Below, in pieces: positions 57,633 through 64,000 of a DNA stretch of 64,000 nucleotides. Numbering within the stretch: position 1 is the first letter of the stretch; every line of letters begins with the position of its first letter. Under the pieces are notes generated by a model that was not told the origin of the DNA, ran no database searches, and worked only from the letters and a program-made list of their open reading frames with translations. A program made the position numbers and the translations under genes. Origin of the DNA: Eledone cirrhosa (taxonomy: Eukaryota); assembly GCA_964016885.1 (NCBI GenBank), contig OZ024740.1, positions 187,860,001 through 187,924,000 on the forward strand. The letters are read 5' to 3'.

Positions 57633-60769
<3,137 letters not shown>

Positions 60770-60786
60770 CATATATACATACATCA

Positions 60787-60910
60787 GTGAAGGCGTGTGG
60801 CTGAGTGGTTAGAGAATTGGCTTCACAATCTTGAGATTCTGAGTTCGATTCCTGGACCAGGCGATGCGTTATGTCCTTGAGCAAGACACTTTATTTCATG
60901 TTGCTCCTTC
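60787..60910 (+). mobile_element. SINE (second family), 3'-truncated
   Basis: A-box-like TGGCTGAGTGG, B-box-like GAGTTCGATTCC, and TCCTTGAGCAAGACACTTTATTTC. Confidence 0.85.
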
Positions 60911-61138
60911 TACCTGGAGTTGCGACAGATAGATAGTATTAGCAACTGGAAAGACCGACGAAAACATTGTTTCCTCGGTCCGATTTGACGAAAGTCGATC
61001 GATCCTTTTTATATATATATATATGTCTATATATGTATATATATATATATGTATGTTTACATATGTATGTATTTATATATGTATGTTTATATATACATGT
61101 ATGTTTATATATGTATGTATATATATATATATGTATGT

Positions 61139-61172
<34 letters not shown>

Positions 61173-61430
61173 GTATGTGTATATATATATACATATATAT
61201 ATATATGCATATATATTTATATATATATACATATATATATATATATACGGAGAATCAGTGGTGCGATGAATATAATTTATTAGACATATTACAATCGTTT
61301 CTCTGGCACCCAGCTCGAGGCACAATCGATGCAATGATTGAACCTGACTCTGAAATCGCAAGATCCCTATATATGTCTTGATTCTACGAATCATATATAT
61401 ATATATATATGTATACATATATATACACAC

Positions 61431-61464
<34 letters not shown>

Positions 61465-61916
61465 GTATACATATATATACACACATATATATATATATAT
61501 ATACATACTGGGGTCTCGGATATTTCCATGCTTTAAAGACAAGATATCTACCGCCCAGAGTGTTCAATAACTAGGTAAGTTATTGGGAAAACAGAGGAGG
61601 GAGGGAAGGAAAATAGAAGGGAAAAGGGAAGAAAAGAGAAAACAGCAAAAAAAAATAAAGCGAAAATAAAACAGCAAAAAAAACAACAAACCGAGTAATG
61701 TGCAAGGGGAGGTGCGTGTGTGTGTGGGGGAGGGGCATGCTAGCACACGTATTCAATTCCCTGTGTGTAAATATATTTACAGTCCATATATATTACATAC
61801 ATACACACACACATATCTACATATCTACACATATATATATATACACACATACACACACATATATATATATACACACATATATATATATACGCATATACAT
61901 ACACATGCATACACAC

Positions 61917-61949
<33 letters not shown>

Positions 61950-62379
61950 CACCTATATATATATATACATACATATAAACACACCCACACATATATGTAC
62001 ATACATACATATGCATTCACACAAACATACACACACACATATATATACACACACACACTCATACATACACATATATTCATATATACACACACATGCACAC
62101 ACACATGTACACACATATCTGTACACCTACAGACATACATACAAACACATCTACACACACATATATGTACACACATCTACTCAAGTATTTAAGTTCACAT
62201 ATACATTGGTGTGGGAAAGGGGGATTTAATGAAATGTTGGTGTACCTCTAAGGGTTTCTCTTCTCTTCAATGATCGAATATTTGAAAGTATGTGTGTCAT
62301 CAACTTCTATTTTTCTTTTTCAATATGAGATTTTTTAAAGAAAAGAGAGAGGGGGAGAATCCCGTTACTTGAAGATGGA

Positions 62380-62860
62380 ATATCACTTTTTTGTGTTCTG
62401 TAGTGGTTTGTACTTTCTAATAAAGAATTCTTCTTTATATTTTCTGAAATGTTCATTGTCCGAACATACCTTAAAAAGGGGGAAAATTATGAATTTTCCC
62501 TTTCCGCATTTTGCGAAGTGTTCACAGCATGTGGTGTTTCTGACAGAGGGGTCTCTAATTTGTTGTTTATGTACTCAAACTCTGTCATGTAGATCCGTAT
62601 TCTTTACATTGTGGGCAGGTTGCACAGTAAATCAAGTTCTTGGTTTTGCAATTCATATTTGCATTAACTGTAAAAAACTGGTTGTTTTTAAAGGAGTTTT
62701 GCCCATCCTCTTCAATGTGTTTGCTATTTCTGCATCGAGGGTCCCCGCATTTCTTAACTTGCATTGCTTTATTATAAGATGTACATTTTGCCTTGGTAAG
62801 CAGTTTGCTGAAGGTGTTTGGCGTCTACTATATATAATTTGTGCATCTTTTATGAGAGCG
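62380..62860 (-). mobile_element. Third Penelope-like lineage: decayed GIY-YIG endonuclease fragment, probably with an inverted pseudo-LTR at ~62870-63205
   Basis: Minus strand KKCGDPRC..FTVNANMNCKTKNLIYCATCPQCKE..VHKQQIRD..CCEHFAKC..RKYKEEFFIRKYKP. Contains stops and a deletion over the YIG motif. Confidence 0.8.
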
Positions 62861-63202
62861 TGTGTGTGTATGCTTTAATTCCTTTAAATCTTCATCAACA
62901 CTCCTTCACTCCCACACTCATTAACACCACACCCCACACCATGGGCACATCCAAATCTCTCTTATATATAGAGTCACACATCACAACACAACCTGATCGC
63001 CAACGATGAATGCGAGAAAGTTCTCCAAGAATGTTAACCAGGAATCTTTAAAAATCTTCCCACTGATGTTAACAAAGAACTTACTAGATCTACCAACTCA
63101 TAATAGTATAATATTATAAAATTATTTAGAAATACAAGTGAAGGCATTCTTTTCCTTTTTTTCAAATATACCTAACAGTACCAAGGATCTCACACATTTT
63201 CC

Positions 63203-63234
<32 letters not shown>

Positions 63235-63306
63235 AGTATTGAAGTTTCCGGTGAAAATTGAAATAGTCAGAGGAATGAGAGTGCTCTATGTAAGTTACAG
63301 AGCTAA

Positions 63307-63437
63307 ATATTTAATGTATAATAAACAATAGAGTATAATTACCTCATTACCAGAGGTTTCCCAAATAAGACGAATACATTCGGGGAATCTCTGGTAATGA
63401 GGTAATTATACTGTATTGTTTATCATACATTAAATAT
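63307..63437. repeat. Inverted repeat (~55-bp arms, ~19-bp loop) beside (TA)n
   Basis: ATATTTAATGTAT..ATTACCTCATTACCAGAG..CCC pairs with GGG..CTCTGGTAATGAGGTAAT..ATACATTAAATAT. Confidence 0.9.
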
Positions 63438-63476
63438 ATATATATATATATACATATAAACATACATATATATGTA

Positions 63477-63631
<155 letters not shown>

Positions 63632-63875
63632 TTTAATATATTTAGAAACACACAGATACATGCGGACACACACATATATACATGAATGCATCCGCACCCA
63701 ACTGTGAGTTAAGGGTGCCAACTTCACCGATGTTGCTCAATGAATGACTGGGACAGACCAATTCAGTTTGAACCAGACTGAACCAGTATCAGAGTTAAAA
63801 ATACATTATGAAGAGAGAAGAAACATTTAGATATAATTAGTAATAAAATGTATCATACCTAAACTGCTCCTAAAT

Positions 63876-63963
63876 TCCTCGACTACGTAGTTTCGTGGCA
63901 TAAACAAAAACAATATATCAAAGATATAGAGTCCTTGGGAGGTCTGCCAACTTATCAAGAGGA
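63876..63963 (-). ncRNA. Type I hammerhead fold with mutated core
   Basis: Minus strand TCCTC-TTGATAA-GTTGGCA...TGCCAC-GAAAC-TACGTA-GTC-GAGGA. Palindromic stem III ACTACGTAGT, GUC site, two core substitutions. Confidence 0.65.
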
Positions 63964-64000
63964 TACCTCATTTTACTAGTCTCAAGAACGCGTCTACACG

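Noticed and set aside
60787-60860. tRNA gene-like sequence
   Set aside because: SINE head: A and B boxes run into the SINE core with no acceptor stem or terminator

Overview
AT-rich eukaryotic (metazoan) genomic DNA, almost certainly intronic or intergenic. The SINE, RTE and Penelope content and the huge (TA)n arrays suggest a coleoid cephalopod such as Octopus; that is inference. There is no prokaryotic operon, CRISPR array or intact host gene. Most ORFs in the supplied track are (TA)n microsatellite artefacts or antisense shadows of LINE ORFs. The window contains three long RTE-clade LINE copies. One is decayed (2.4-5.1 kb, +) and two are near-identical, open-frame and 5'-truncated (49.9-53.0 and 57.7-60.6 kb, -). 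All three carry a C4HC3 PHD-type zinc finger inserted within the RT region and a 3' UTR built of tandem H-type pseudoknot modules that covary between copies. There are also at least three distinct Penelope-like element (PLE; RT plus GIY-YIG) remnants and many (TA)-embedded mini-elements carrying intact or decayed type I hammerhead ribozyme folds. Other content: a CR1-type LINE fragment, a mariner fragment, a non-autonomous Helitron, a decayed DNA-transposase fragment, about 18 tRNA-derived SINE copies (several with clean TSDs), a U2 snRNA 5' fragment, a 5-kb (TA)n array with an internal inversion, a near-perfect 250-bp palindrome, and one convincing 55-bp candidate host exon (54671-54725, +). 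All alignments and folds were done by eye.
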